From positions 5,738,304-5,802,303 of the forward strand of contig NW_003314262.1 of the NCBI RefSeq assembly GCF_000143415.4: a stretch of 64,000 nucleotides of DNA, written 5' to 3'. The notes beneath the pieces are model-generated. The model did no database searches, had not been told where the DNA came from, and saw only the letters and a program-made list of their open reading frames with translations. The translations under genes were made by a program, and so were the position numbers. The first letter of the stretch is position 1; each line of letters begins with the position of its first letter. Source of the stretch: Selaginella moellendorffii (lineage: Eukaryota; Plantae; Lycopodiophyta). Positions 1-10,052 of this stretch are shown piece after piece.

Positions 1-1113
1 CGGCAGGGAATTCAAGCGGGGGATAGTGTGGATCGGCCGCGCGGTGTGGAAGAAATCCAAGCTCTCGATCACTGCATGCTGGTCGCCTCGCTCTTTCTCG
101 AATTCTTCCTCCTCGTCGTCGTCGATTCCATACCATCGGCTAGAGATCTTCCCCCACGCCACTGCTCACGCGCCCAAGCCCTCCCAGCCGTCGGATGATG
201 TGCACGAATCGTGCGGCCTCAAAGTCGCGTATGGAGAGGACACTGTGGTGGTCAAGGTTGGCATTGTGGGAGACTGCCAAACTGGAAAAACAAGCCTCAT
301 GGTAAGTTCTCTTCTCAGACGATTTTCTTGTTCTTTTCAGGTGTTTGATACTGTTCTTTCCAGCAAAACTATGTAGTCGGAGATAGAAGCAATGGAGACG
401 AGAGCATTTTCGGCGTGAATGCGATGGACAAAGTTCTTGACATCCATGTCGCCAAGATCGCGCTCAGCATTTGGGAGCTCGGAGGTAAGCAAGAGATTTG
501 AAGCTCACTTTCTAGAACTTGGAATTCGATAGATGAAATCTTTCAGGCTACAAGAAGTCGATGGTACCAGCTGTTTGCAATGACGCAGCAGCGATTTTGA
601 TCCTTTTCGACCTCACTAGACGCACCACTCTCCACAGGTACCTTTGGAACTTAAATCTCTCGAGAGTTTCTCGCAAGTTTGATGATCCAATGTTTTGATT
701 CTACAGTGTAAAGCAGTGGTTTATGCTTGCCCGACAATGTAACCAGGTAAAGCTTATAAACACTCGCCAGAGATGATCCGGGTAAAACTTTAATTGCTTT
801 TGCAGGGCGCAATTCCAGTTCTAGTTGGCACCAAGTTCGACCAGTTCATAAAAATGCCAGAAGGCTTGAAGTCTCTCATAACTAAGCAGGTAAAAATCAC
901 CAAGCTTTTATAGCCGAGATCGATTTTTTTTTGTTTTTTCAATGGTAGGCACGGCTGTACGCTCAAGCAATGGGCGCGCCACTGCTCTTCACCAGCACTC
1001 CTTACAACATCAATGTACATAAGGTTTTCAAGATCGTTCTTGCGAGGATTTTTGACTTGCCTTGTAACATATCCAGAAATCTCACGCCTGGAGAGCCCCT
1101 AGTTGTGTACTAG
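1..1113 (+). CDS. SPG1: Septum-promoting GTP-binding protein (Spg1/Tem1-like small GTPase), 6 exons; 5' end probably outside the window
   Basis: P-loop VKVGIVGDCQTGKTS, then spliced exons IWELGG, AAAILILFDLTRRTTL, PVLVGTKFD, YNINVHKVFKIVLARIFDLPCNISRNLTPGEPLVVY* (stop 1111-1113). GT-AG introns start at 302 and 485; the frame is open back to the window start. Confidence 0.9.
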
Positions 1114-1163
1114 GTAGCCTCCTGACAAGATTTTGATCCCTATTCAACCATACATTGTTTTAT

Positions 1164-1196
1164 AGTCAATTTTGTTGACCATTCGACTTTAGTCAA
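1164..1196. promoter_or_regulatory. W-box (TTGACY) cluster upstream of the Gnk2-like gene
   Basis: AGTCAA 1164-1169, TTGACC 1175-1180, AGTCAA 1191-1196; a further AGTCAA at 1467-1472. Confidence 0.5.
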
Positions 1197-1326
1197 CGTA
1201 ATTGAGCTTTGTTGATCTTAGTTAGTCTCAGTTTAGAATTAGTAGCACGACCGTCACCATAAATTAAGCTTCTAGTCATTGATGGAGTTGATCTTTGTTA
1301 GTTCGTTCCAAAGTTGTGATTGTCAT

Positions 1327-1411
1327 TTTCGCTGGAAGATAGAATTGGAGCTTCTGCCGCATTTCAACCCTAGAAATGCGGCAGAAGCTCCAATTTTATC
1401 TTCCAGCGAAA
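1327..1411. repeat. 39-bp near-perfect inverted repeat with a 7-nt loop
   Basis: Arm 1327-1365 TTTCGCTGGAAGATAGAATTGGAGCTTCTGCCGCATTTC pairs with 1373-1411 with a single G-T pair; loop AACCCTA. Confidence 0.95.
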
Positions 1412-1493
1412 GTCACACCACTAATTAACCATTGCCGCCTTCCAAATTTGCGGGCTGGCTCATAAAAGTCAAGTCGAAACATCCAGTGCCAAG

Positions 1494-1500
1494 TATAAAT
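1494..1500 (+). promoter_or_regulatory. TATA box of the Gnk2-like gene
   Basis: TATAAAT about 70 nt upstream of the ATG at 1567. Confidence 0.6.
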
Positions 1501-1566
1501 ACTGTGCCACACACACACAATATAACTCAGTGTTCTCTCCACTAACAGCCACTAAGAGTGATAGCA

Positions 1567-1995
1567 ATGGCTTCTAGCACCAAATCTGCGTCGCTGCTTC
1601 TCCTCCTCGCCCTCTTCATCGCGATTCACCACTGCGGCGCCCAGCTCACGGATTGCCCCAGCGACACCAGCCCCAACGTGGTCTACTACAACACCCGGAA
1701 CACCCAGCCGGGCAGCGCCTTCCAGAGAAATCTCTCCAACGTCTACCGCCGGATCATCAATGGCGCCACATTCCGCCAGGGATCGATCTCCTACAACGCC
1801 GGCGTCGACCCAGATCGCGTCTACGGCTTCTCGGCGTGCTTCGGCGGATTCACGGCGCCCGGCGATTGCGTCCAGTGCCTGGTCGACATCAGGGCGAATT
1901 TCGATAGCGTGGCGCCGCTCGCTGTTGGCGCGCGTATGTGCTCCAAGAACGGCGAGAGGACGTGCTACATGCGTTACGAGAACTACAGCTTCTAG
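1567..1995 (+). CDS. Secreted single-domain DUF26/Ginkbilobin-2-like cysteine-rich protein, intronless
   Basis: Signal peptide (LLLLLALFIAIHHCGA), GSAFQRNL, VYGFSAC...DCVQC, AVGAR and terminal CYMRYENYSF align to Gnk2. Confidence 0.9.
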   Translation: MASSTKSASLLLLLALFIAIHHCGAQLTDCPSDTSPNVVYYNTRNTQPGSAFQRNLSNVYRRIINGATFRQGSISYNAGVDPDRVYGFSACFGGFTAPGDCVQCLVDIRANFDSVAPLAVGARMCSKNGERTCYMRYENYSF

Positions 1996-2054
1996 CCTCT
2001 CTCGGCTCGAGGAGCCCAAAATTTTAAATAAGAAGGAATATGCTTAAAGTGTTC

Positions 2055-2091
2055 TTGACCGGTTGACTCAGTCAAAAGGATGGTCAGTCAA
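2055..2091. promoter_or_regulatory. Dense W-box cluster including a palindromic double W-box
   Basis: TTGACC 2055-2060, TTGACT-C-AGTCAA 2063-2075, AGTCAA 2086-2091. Confidence 0.55.
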
Positions 2092-2212
2092 ACAGTGGTG
2101 TACCGTTACGCGGTGCGATCGGGGCCGCCCGTTTGCGAGGGAAATCCAATCGTTTCTCCTTCCAAGCGAGGGAGATTTAGGGTATTTCAAGAATGCTGTG
2201 TGGCGCCGGGCT

Positions 2213-4442
2213 ATGGAGTCCTCCACCGCCGTCGGGCCGGCTGGATTGTCGCTCACATCGGCGGACAGGCTTCGCATCTATCGTAAGTGTTTCCATGACC
2301 TGGACGAGCATCTCGCGCAACTCCACCAGGAAGGATTGGGCCCAAGCGATGCCGAGTTTGTGGCGCTCCAGGCCGAGATTCGCTGCTTGGAGGAGCTTAT
2401 AATGCTCTTCACGGACATCACGTCGATTTTGCCCTCGATCGCGCCCAAATCGTAAGTGGTGCTTCCGCCCAGTCAGTTTGTTTTGTTTCGGAGTTACTTG
2501 GAATGCTGGCGACTAAAGGTTGCTTTCTTTCTCGCTTCAGAGTAACTGGAGATGGATTTGATCCTTCCTTACCGAGTGTTGACGGGTTGAATCTGTCACT
2601 AGTTACAGATATCTTGATGCTAAGCGCGACTTCCCCGTGGACAGTTTTTGTGGCCGAGCGTTCCCAGGTGATCGATTTCTCAAAAGTTTTACTCATCACT
2701 TTCGTGTTCAGTGGCAAATTTGCTATGTCTCACCGAGCGTGAAGCGCGCGTTTGGTTGGAAGGCTTCTGAGCTTTTGGGAGTTCCTGCTTGGGATGGTTG
2801 TCACACGGAGGACATTCCGACTTTGCAGCGTGTAAGCTCCTTTTTTTTCATTTCATCCTTTTAACACAAGGAATTTCTACATGCTAAGGTATTGCAGATG
2901 CTGCTGTTGAAAGAATGTGCAACAACTGGAACTTCTTTAGTGTATAGAAGGCTTAGAAAGGATCGTTCGTATGCTACTGTTCAAGCGACTGGCCGTGCTG
3001 TTGGAACCAGGTAGTTCCTTTCTGACTGCCTCGGCTTGTTCAGAAAAACTGTTTGTCCTCGCTTTTCAGGTGGTATGCCTGGGTGGAACAAGACATCATC
3101 AACAACAACGCATTGGTAAGGCTGGACTAATTCAGGAAGTTAACTGAATGGGCTTGGTCTTTGCAGAATGGAACTCCTCAGGCACTCGACGTTCTATCAG
3201 ATCTTCCTCTGTCCTTGCCAGCAAGCAAGTCTAGCACTAAAACAAGATCAGCAGACTCCGAAGGTGGTCCAAGTATTCGCTCCCGGAAGCTTTCTAGCAC
3301 CCAAAGGCCCACGTTAGAAGCCGAAGGAAATACACGAGGATGGAACAGCACCGCTCGTCCTGCTTCTCCGCTGGCATTATTGCCCGGTTTGGAAAGACAA
3401 ACCAGGCCTTCAAAGAGCAGAGGGAACGGTGAGAATGCTGAAGCGCACAGCGCAAGCCAACATTCCTTGGAACCCGATAACATGGCTGATGAAAGCCAAG
3501 TCATGCTCAAGGTACCTTGTTCATCTTCTAGTAGGTGTTGAGACTGACTTAAGTTTTCCTTAGTCTCAGGGAATGAATTTGCCCACCTCATCTCATCTCA
3601 GCTTCTCAGGGTCTGTATTCCTAAGCCGGCTGTTATCGTGTATCACGAGTCGTTTGTCGAACTTATTTCTTATCTAGATCCGAAACACAGCCCGTGGAGA
3701 AACTGAAAAGAGGAAAGGCAGTACACGACGAGGGTGGAGCATCAAAGCCAAAGGTTCCAGGTACTCCCTCCCAAGTAGCTGCTTCTTCGAGGCCCGCTAG
3801 TGCACAACAAATTAACGAAGAGGTTGATCTTCTTTGGGGAAAAAAGGTGACATTCTTTCTACATTTAAGTTTAGAGCCAACCAAGTCAGTGTTTTTAATT
3901 GCAGATTTTGCTGGTTGAGGATGACCGAGTTAATAGAACTATAGCACAGAGGCTTCTGGAGAATCTCAAGTGTAACGTGAAAGTAGCGTGCAATGGGAAG
4001 GAGGCCTTGGATATATTACAAGAGGGAGCACCAGTGAAGGCGGAGGATATTGAGGAAGGAAAGGAGATACCTCCGCAATTCGATCTCGTCTTGATGGATT
4101 TGCTAATGCCAGTGATGGACGGAACAAAAGCGGTGAGTGCTAGCGCTTTCTCTTCTCAAGTTTGTGAGCTCACAGCGATTCTACAGGTTCAATACTTTCG
4201 GGATTGGGAGGCCGAGCAAGAACCCCCGAGAAAGAGGATGGTGATTTTTGCGCTTACATCAAACGTTAGCGGTACGAAGAAATTTTCGTTTTCTCCTTTC
4301 GAGTTCCAAGGATCTCTCCTTTTTTTCTTCCTGGTTTTTAGATGGCGATATGGTGAAGTGCGCGATAAGTGGCTTTGATGAGTTTGTGAGCAAGCCATTG
4401 ACGATCGACAAGCTCATGGATCGTCTCCAGCCCAAGCACTGA
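2213..4442 (+). CDS. PAS domain + C-terminal response-regulator receiver protein with no histidine kinase domain (~534 aa, 11 exons)
   Basis: Exons 2213-2451, 2541-2667, 2712-2831, 2889-3010, 3070-3115, 3167-3511, 3564-3610, 3678-3822, 3905-4132, 4187-4271, 4342-4442 join in frame (1605 nt). PAS: ICYVSPSVKRAFGWKASELLG...CHTEDI...YRRLRKDRSYATV. REC: ILLVEDDRVN, FDLVLMDLLMPVMDG, IFALTSN, GFDEFVSKPL. Confidence 0.85.
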
Positions 4443-4565
4443 GCCCTTTGTACAGTCACAATTCATTCGATTCAAACGAATAAGCGAATCTTCCATTTTC
4501 AAAATGGGTATCTTTCAAACCGCTCTAGGGCTTTTGGATAGGGTTTTTGGCGAGAGGGCGGAGCT

Positions 4566-7500
4566 ATGGGCGTCGAGAACTATCATGTGATCGAGCTCGT
4601 CGGCGAGGGATCGTTCGGGAAGGTCTACAAGGGAAGGCGCAAGTTCACTGGCCAGGTTCATTTTGGTTTTCTTGCTTGCCCCTGATCGATCGATCGACCA
4701 GACTGTCGCCATGAAATTTATTCTCAAGCACGGCAAGAGCGACAAGGACATCGAGAATTTGCGGCAAGAGATTGAGGTAGAGTGCGTGTTCCGAGAGATT
4801 TCTTCTTTTCTAAGAAGATTTTACTTCAGATTTTGCGGCAACTAAAGCACGAGAACATTATAGAAATGCTGGATGCATTTGAAAGCCCACAGGAGTTTTG
4901 TGTCGTGACAGAATTTGCACAGGCAAGTGTAACATTTTCTTTTTGTTTCTGGTGTATTTTTTCATTTTTCTTTTCTAGTGTGTGGTTACTCACATTTTTA
5001 TCATTGTTCTTTCTAGGGAGAATTGTTTGAGATTCTTGAAGACGACAAGTGCCTCCCCGAAGCTCAAGTCCAGGCGATAGCAAAGCAACTGGTATGTATG
5101 TTAAGCCATCTTTTCTTTTCTTGAATACGTATCGTAGGTTCGAGCACTACACTACCTTCATTCTCATCGCATTATCCACCGGGATATGAAGCCACAAAAC
5201 ATACTGATCGGTGCCGGTGGCATCGTAAAGGTACATTTCTGGTTTGTGAACTTTTCTGAATGTCATTTTTTGCTGAAATCAGCTCTGCGATTTTGGATTT
5301 GCGAGGGCAATGTCTTGCAACACAATGGTTCTTCGCTCGATCAAAGGTTGTCTTTTAGAGTTCTATACATTCATGAAACCGTGACGCTATTACAGGAACG
5401 CCACTGTACATGGCTCCCGAGCTTGTTCGTGAGCAGCCTTACAACCACACGGCAGATTTATGGTCTCTTGGTGTGATATTGTAAGTTTTCCTTTTATGTC
5501 TGTTTTAATTTAATGCACATTGTCATAAAACAGGTATGAACTCTATGTTGGCCAGCCTCCTTTCTATACTAACTCCGTATACACGCTTATTCGCCATATA
5601 GTAAAGGTAATTGTTGCGATTTTGTTATAAGTTTATCTATCGCTGTCGAGCAGGATCCAGTCAAATATCCTGATACTATTAGCTCGAACTTTAAGAGTTT
5701 CTTGAAAGGGCTCCTTAACAAGGTTCGTTCTTGTACCGGGTTACCCACAGGATCTGACAAAGCGTGCGTAGGTTTCTGAAAGTAGACTGACATGGCCAGC
5801 TTTGTTGGATCACCCTTTTGTTCGGGAGACATCTGATGAAATAGCAGCACGAGTAAGACATTGCTAAAAGAGCTCAGAGTTGACAAATGTGATGCAGGAA
5901 GCAAGAGCTGCGACTGCATTCGAAAGAGGGTGTGACGCTGCCTGGAAAGGCGAGGCTAATATTGTGCTAGCTTCACCTGCTAATGTACTCGATCGTGCAC
6001 CCCTGGGAACACCAGGTATGATGTCTGCGTCAGATGCAGTCGCTTTAACTCTGCAAACAGACAAGGTGGAGCCAGCTCCTACCGAAAGACCAGAATCAGT
6101 GCCGTGTCCATCTGATGACAATATTAGTCAGGCGTGCACAGCTCCTCTCGATAATGCTGGTAAGGCTACTGTCGGTATAACAAATTTTCATTGTCCTTTT
6201 GCAGAAGTTTCCGTGCTTGATAAGCTAGAAGCTTCTTCTCGCACTGCCAAAGGTGCGAATGCTATTTGCCAGGACCGAGGTGCTTTCGCTCACGTTTTAC
6301 ATCCTTTTCGAAATTTTAATAGTAAAGGAACTGCAGCGAGGTACGGGACTAGTACAACTATGGGAGCTTAACACGTTACTGTTGTTGCATAGTGACCAAG
6401 CCAGTGCGGGGGCTAATCAAGCATTGCGTGTCTTGTGGAATTTACTCGGCGCAGGAGCCGTATCACAAAGAGCAGCCGTAGAAGACGCCATACCGGCGAT
6501 CCTTGGTCTTTCTAGAGCTACTTTGGGATCGAATATTTCAGACCATGCAGCCTTGCTTACAAAGGTTAAGTTTTCTATTGCGTTTCATTGTATGTATTTG
6601 TAACAACGTTTTCAGGGGCTGGGCGTTTTAGGCAAGCTTATGGAAATTGGTGCCAATAAAATGGAAAGTTCTTACCTACACCACAGTGTTGCACTCTTGC
6701 GACTTTATCCTCAAGTAAGTTATTCAGCAATATATGTATTTAAAATTGAACCACACAAAATTTGCAGGCTGTTTCATATCAACATGACTCGTCCGGACGT
6801 GTACTCTTCGAGTCGACTGCGTGTGTCGCTCAACTCCTTATGCGAATTACATCGGGCCTTTCCAAATTCTTTGGTTCTGCACAAGACGTCAAAGGAGACG
6901 TTCAAATCATGACGCAGATTGTGGGACAGGCTCGATCCCTTTCCATCGCCGATCATCTTTGCTCTTGCCTCAATGTCACGGGGTCGAACCTTATGTCTAG
7001 TTTATGGACGTCTTCACCTGCTGCCGGAGAAGCATGCAAGGCAATGTGGGCCTTGACTCTCGGCCTAAATCTTTTGACTGGTAAAGAAACTCACCCCCAA
7101 GGTTTTCCACTTGCAGTTCTGAGAGGCTGGACAGAAGCCAAGAACGACAGTAATAAGTTGTCCGATGGCGTCATGGAAGTGGTGACCGACAGCATCTGTA
7201 AACTTAAAGGTGTTCAGGCTGGCCTCTGTCATTCGCTCCTTCATGGCTCAGAGTCCACGTTGTCTTCTACACTCCAGGTGCGTTGATCTTTTCCCGTGAT
7301 ATTTGGTTTTTGCTTATGTGTTGTTTGTTTCAGATTCTCTTAAGGTGCTGCATAATTTCGCCAATTGTCTGTGAAGTTCTTGCTGGTATCTCAGCTAAAG
7401 ATCGCGCTTCGAATCAAGCTCCAGGTGGTGGTGACGGCACTGTGGTCGCTGCCATATTCAGGATGGTATCTGTGCATTTGGCGAGTAGTCAGGAAGGTGG

Positions 7501-9635
7501 CAACAAAGGTTCTGGTATTGACGGTCTTCTCTCGTATGCTTCTTTCACACTTGCGGCTATTGCTCAAGGATTGGCAGCACAAGGAAGACTGAGCTTGTCA
7601 TCGATGCTTACAACGTCAGTTCCTAAACAGCGGGCAAGACTGGGAGCGCTGACACAGCTGGCTTCATTAGAGCAGGGTGCAGCAGCTCTACGGCAACCTC
7701 GCTCAGCTGCTGCATTTTTGGCACTGGCAGCGATCCTTATGCTGGAACAAAACGCGGATAATTCCTCCGTGACCTCGGATGCAACGTTATCGCTCGTTTC
7801 CTTGAAGGAAATTAGCTGCCATGGTTTGGAAAGCTCTCCGTGCACCATGGGCCTTCTAAGCCATGTTGACGACAGGGGAGTATGGAAAAAGAACGGTGGT
7901 ATGCTAACCAGTTGGCATGGAATGAGGGACGGGTACGTGGGAGTTTTACTTTCAAGGCTTAGTTGTGGGGGAACCTTCGGTTCCGAGCAGGCTTGCACGG
8001 CAGGACTTCACCTGATTCTTATATCTCTATTAGGAAGCTCTCCAAAGACAACGAATGACTGCTCGGAAAGTGAAGCCTTCGAAGGTGGCGCAGGATTATC
8101 TCCCTCTGGGGTCTTATATTCAATTTCAGCTCTCGCTCTCTGTTTACCTGGAGGTGCATATCGTGATATATTACTTCGAAAGGAGTCGCTTCTCACGTTA
8201 CTGAGCTTGCTTTCGAAGCGGCACTTAATGCAGCTGCAAGTTTGGGAAGGATACAATGGGGGCAGTACCGGTCTTACGGAAGTTGTACACAGGGTCTTAG
8301 ATATCCTGGAGTTCTCATTTTCATCACAGAGCAGTCATGGATCGCCACGCAGTTCTACAACTTCCTCCTCTGCGGTGGCAAATTCCCCTAGCAAAGCCAA
8401 CGAAACCGATCTTGGCAAACTTATTAGCGCCAACATGTCTTTGTACTGGCAACTTCTGCACGAGGTATGGGTTGGAGATGTATAGCTGGTTTTTGCTAAT
8501 ACGTTTCGACAGTGTCGCGCCGCATCACCTTTGGTGAGATGCCTGGAGTTTCTTAGCATGAACGACATGATAAGACCTGTTGCATTTGTGTCCAGAATGG
8601 TTCAAAGCTCCAGGCTTCTAGCCATTGACATTGTGAAAGAAGGTTTACTTTCTCCACTTTTGATGGCGAAGATGCTAGATCCTTCAAGTCCGAAGGACGT
8701 TGTCCTCGACGTCTTGATGACAGTTTCAAATCTTGCGCGAATGTCTAAGGTTCGATAATCGTTTCCCGAGTCTTATGTCGTGCTTATGTTGCCGTTCCAG
8801 GACTTCTACGAGCCGATTGGAGAGGCTTGCATTTGGGACTCTTTTAAGACTTATCTGGTTCATGGGGATTCAAACGTTCGTGCCAGGTGTTGCAGTGCTC
8901 TGGGCAACATGTGCAGGCATACACCTTATTTCTACGAGGCTTTGGTAAGGTTTCCAAATTCGCGTTGGCAGTTTGCTAATTATTTTACAGGTCTCATACG
9001 ACCTTATCAAGCTGTTAATAGACAGGTGCGCAGACCCCGATCGCCATACAAGAAAGTTTGCATGCTTTGCAGTAAGCTCATTCCCAGTTGTGTTCTCAGC
9101 TTACATGTTCCCTTGCCTAGGTTGGGAATGCCGCTTACCACAATGATCAACTGTATGAGCAACTACGACGCGCAATCCCGCATCTCACTAATCTTCTACT
9201 AGGAAACGAGGAAGACAAAACCAAAGCCAATGCCGCAGGCGCTCTCAGCAACCTAGTCCGTAATTCGAGCAAGCTTTGTGAGGATATTATTTCTCAAGGC
9301 GCAATGAAGGTAGGAATGTCTTTTTTTTTTCTTTTAAGATGCTTAAGACTGCAGACTGTGATTCCCAGGCTCTGATTCAAGTAATAGCTGATTGCTCGTC
9401 CGTAGCTCTGTCATCGGGAACGAAAGAAATCAATGCCGAGTCTCCACTGAAGATTGCCTTATTCTCAGTGGGGAATATGTGCATACATGCTCCGTGCAGG
9501 CAATATCTTCGGTCTTTAGAACTTTTCCGCGTCCTTCTGCAACTCAAGAACTCTACAGATTCCACCATCATTAAGTACCTCAACAGAATTATGTGCAAAT
9601 TTCCAGACATCTCTGCGCAGCAGACTCGATCTTAA
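4566..9635 (+). CDS. TIO: FUSED-type Ser/Thr kinase TWO-IN-ONE with C-terminal ARM/HEAT repeats, multi-exon
   Basis: [88 protein letters not shown]; C-terminal [43 protein letters not shown]. One GC-AG intron (4923-5016). Confidence 0.95.
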
Positions 9636-10052
9636 GACTTTCTTTGATCTATATGAGAGGTCTGGGAATGCTTACTGTACTGAAAGCTGCTCTTAGTTCA
9701 GATATCAGATATTCGGGTGATATCAGTATTTTTGACAACATATCTATATATATGGTTTTCCCGATGCAAAAGATGCGTCCCAATTATTTTCGAAGTGAAG
9801 CAATGTCGGTCGTTCAATTGAAAGACCAAAGCTTTTACCTTTTCCCTTTGGTATAGCGATTTTTCTGTTTTTTCTGCGGCGAAGAAAGAAACTATACTTA
9901 TCTACGTCACCGGAGCTTGGACATTATATTCATCTCCACAATTGTGTCTCACAATTGGATGGATTTGGATCCTCCACCTTCATAATTTGGAGAATTCTTC
10001 GTCCAAGTTGTTATTGTACCGGTAAGATGCAGTCGCGATGATCACTGGTACA

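Noticed and set aside
1-9635. Functional clustering of the cytokinesis-related genes SPG1 and TIO
   Set aside because: Two unrelated genes lie between them; proximity in a compact genome is not evidence without conserved synteny.
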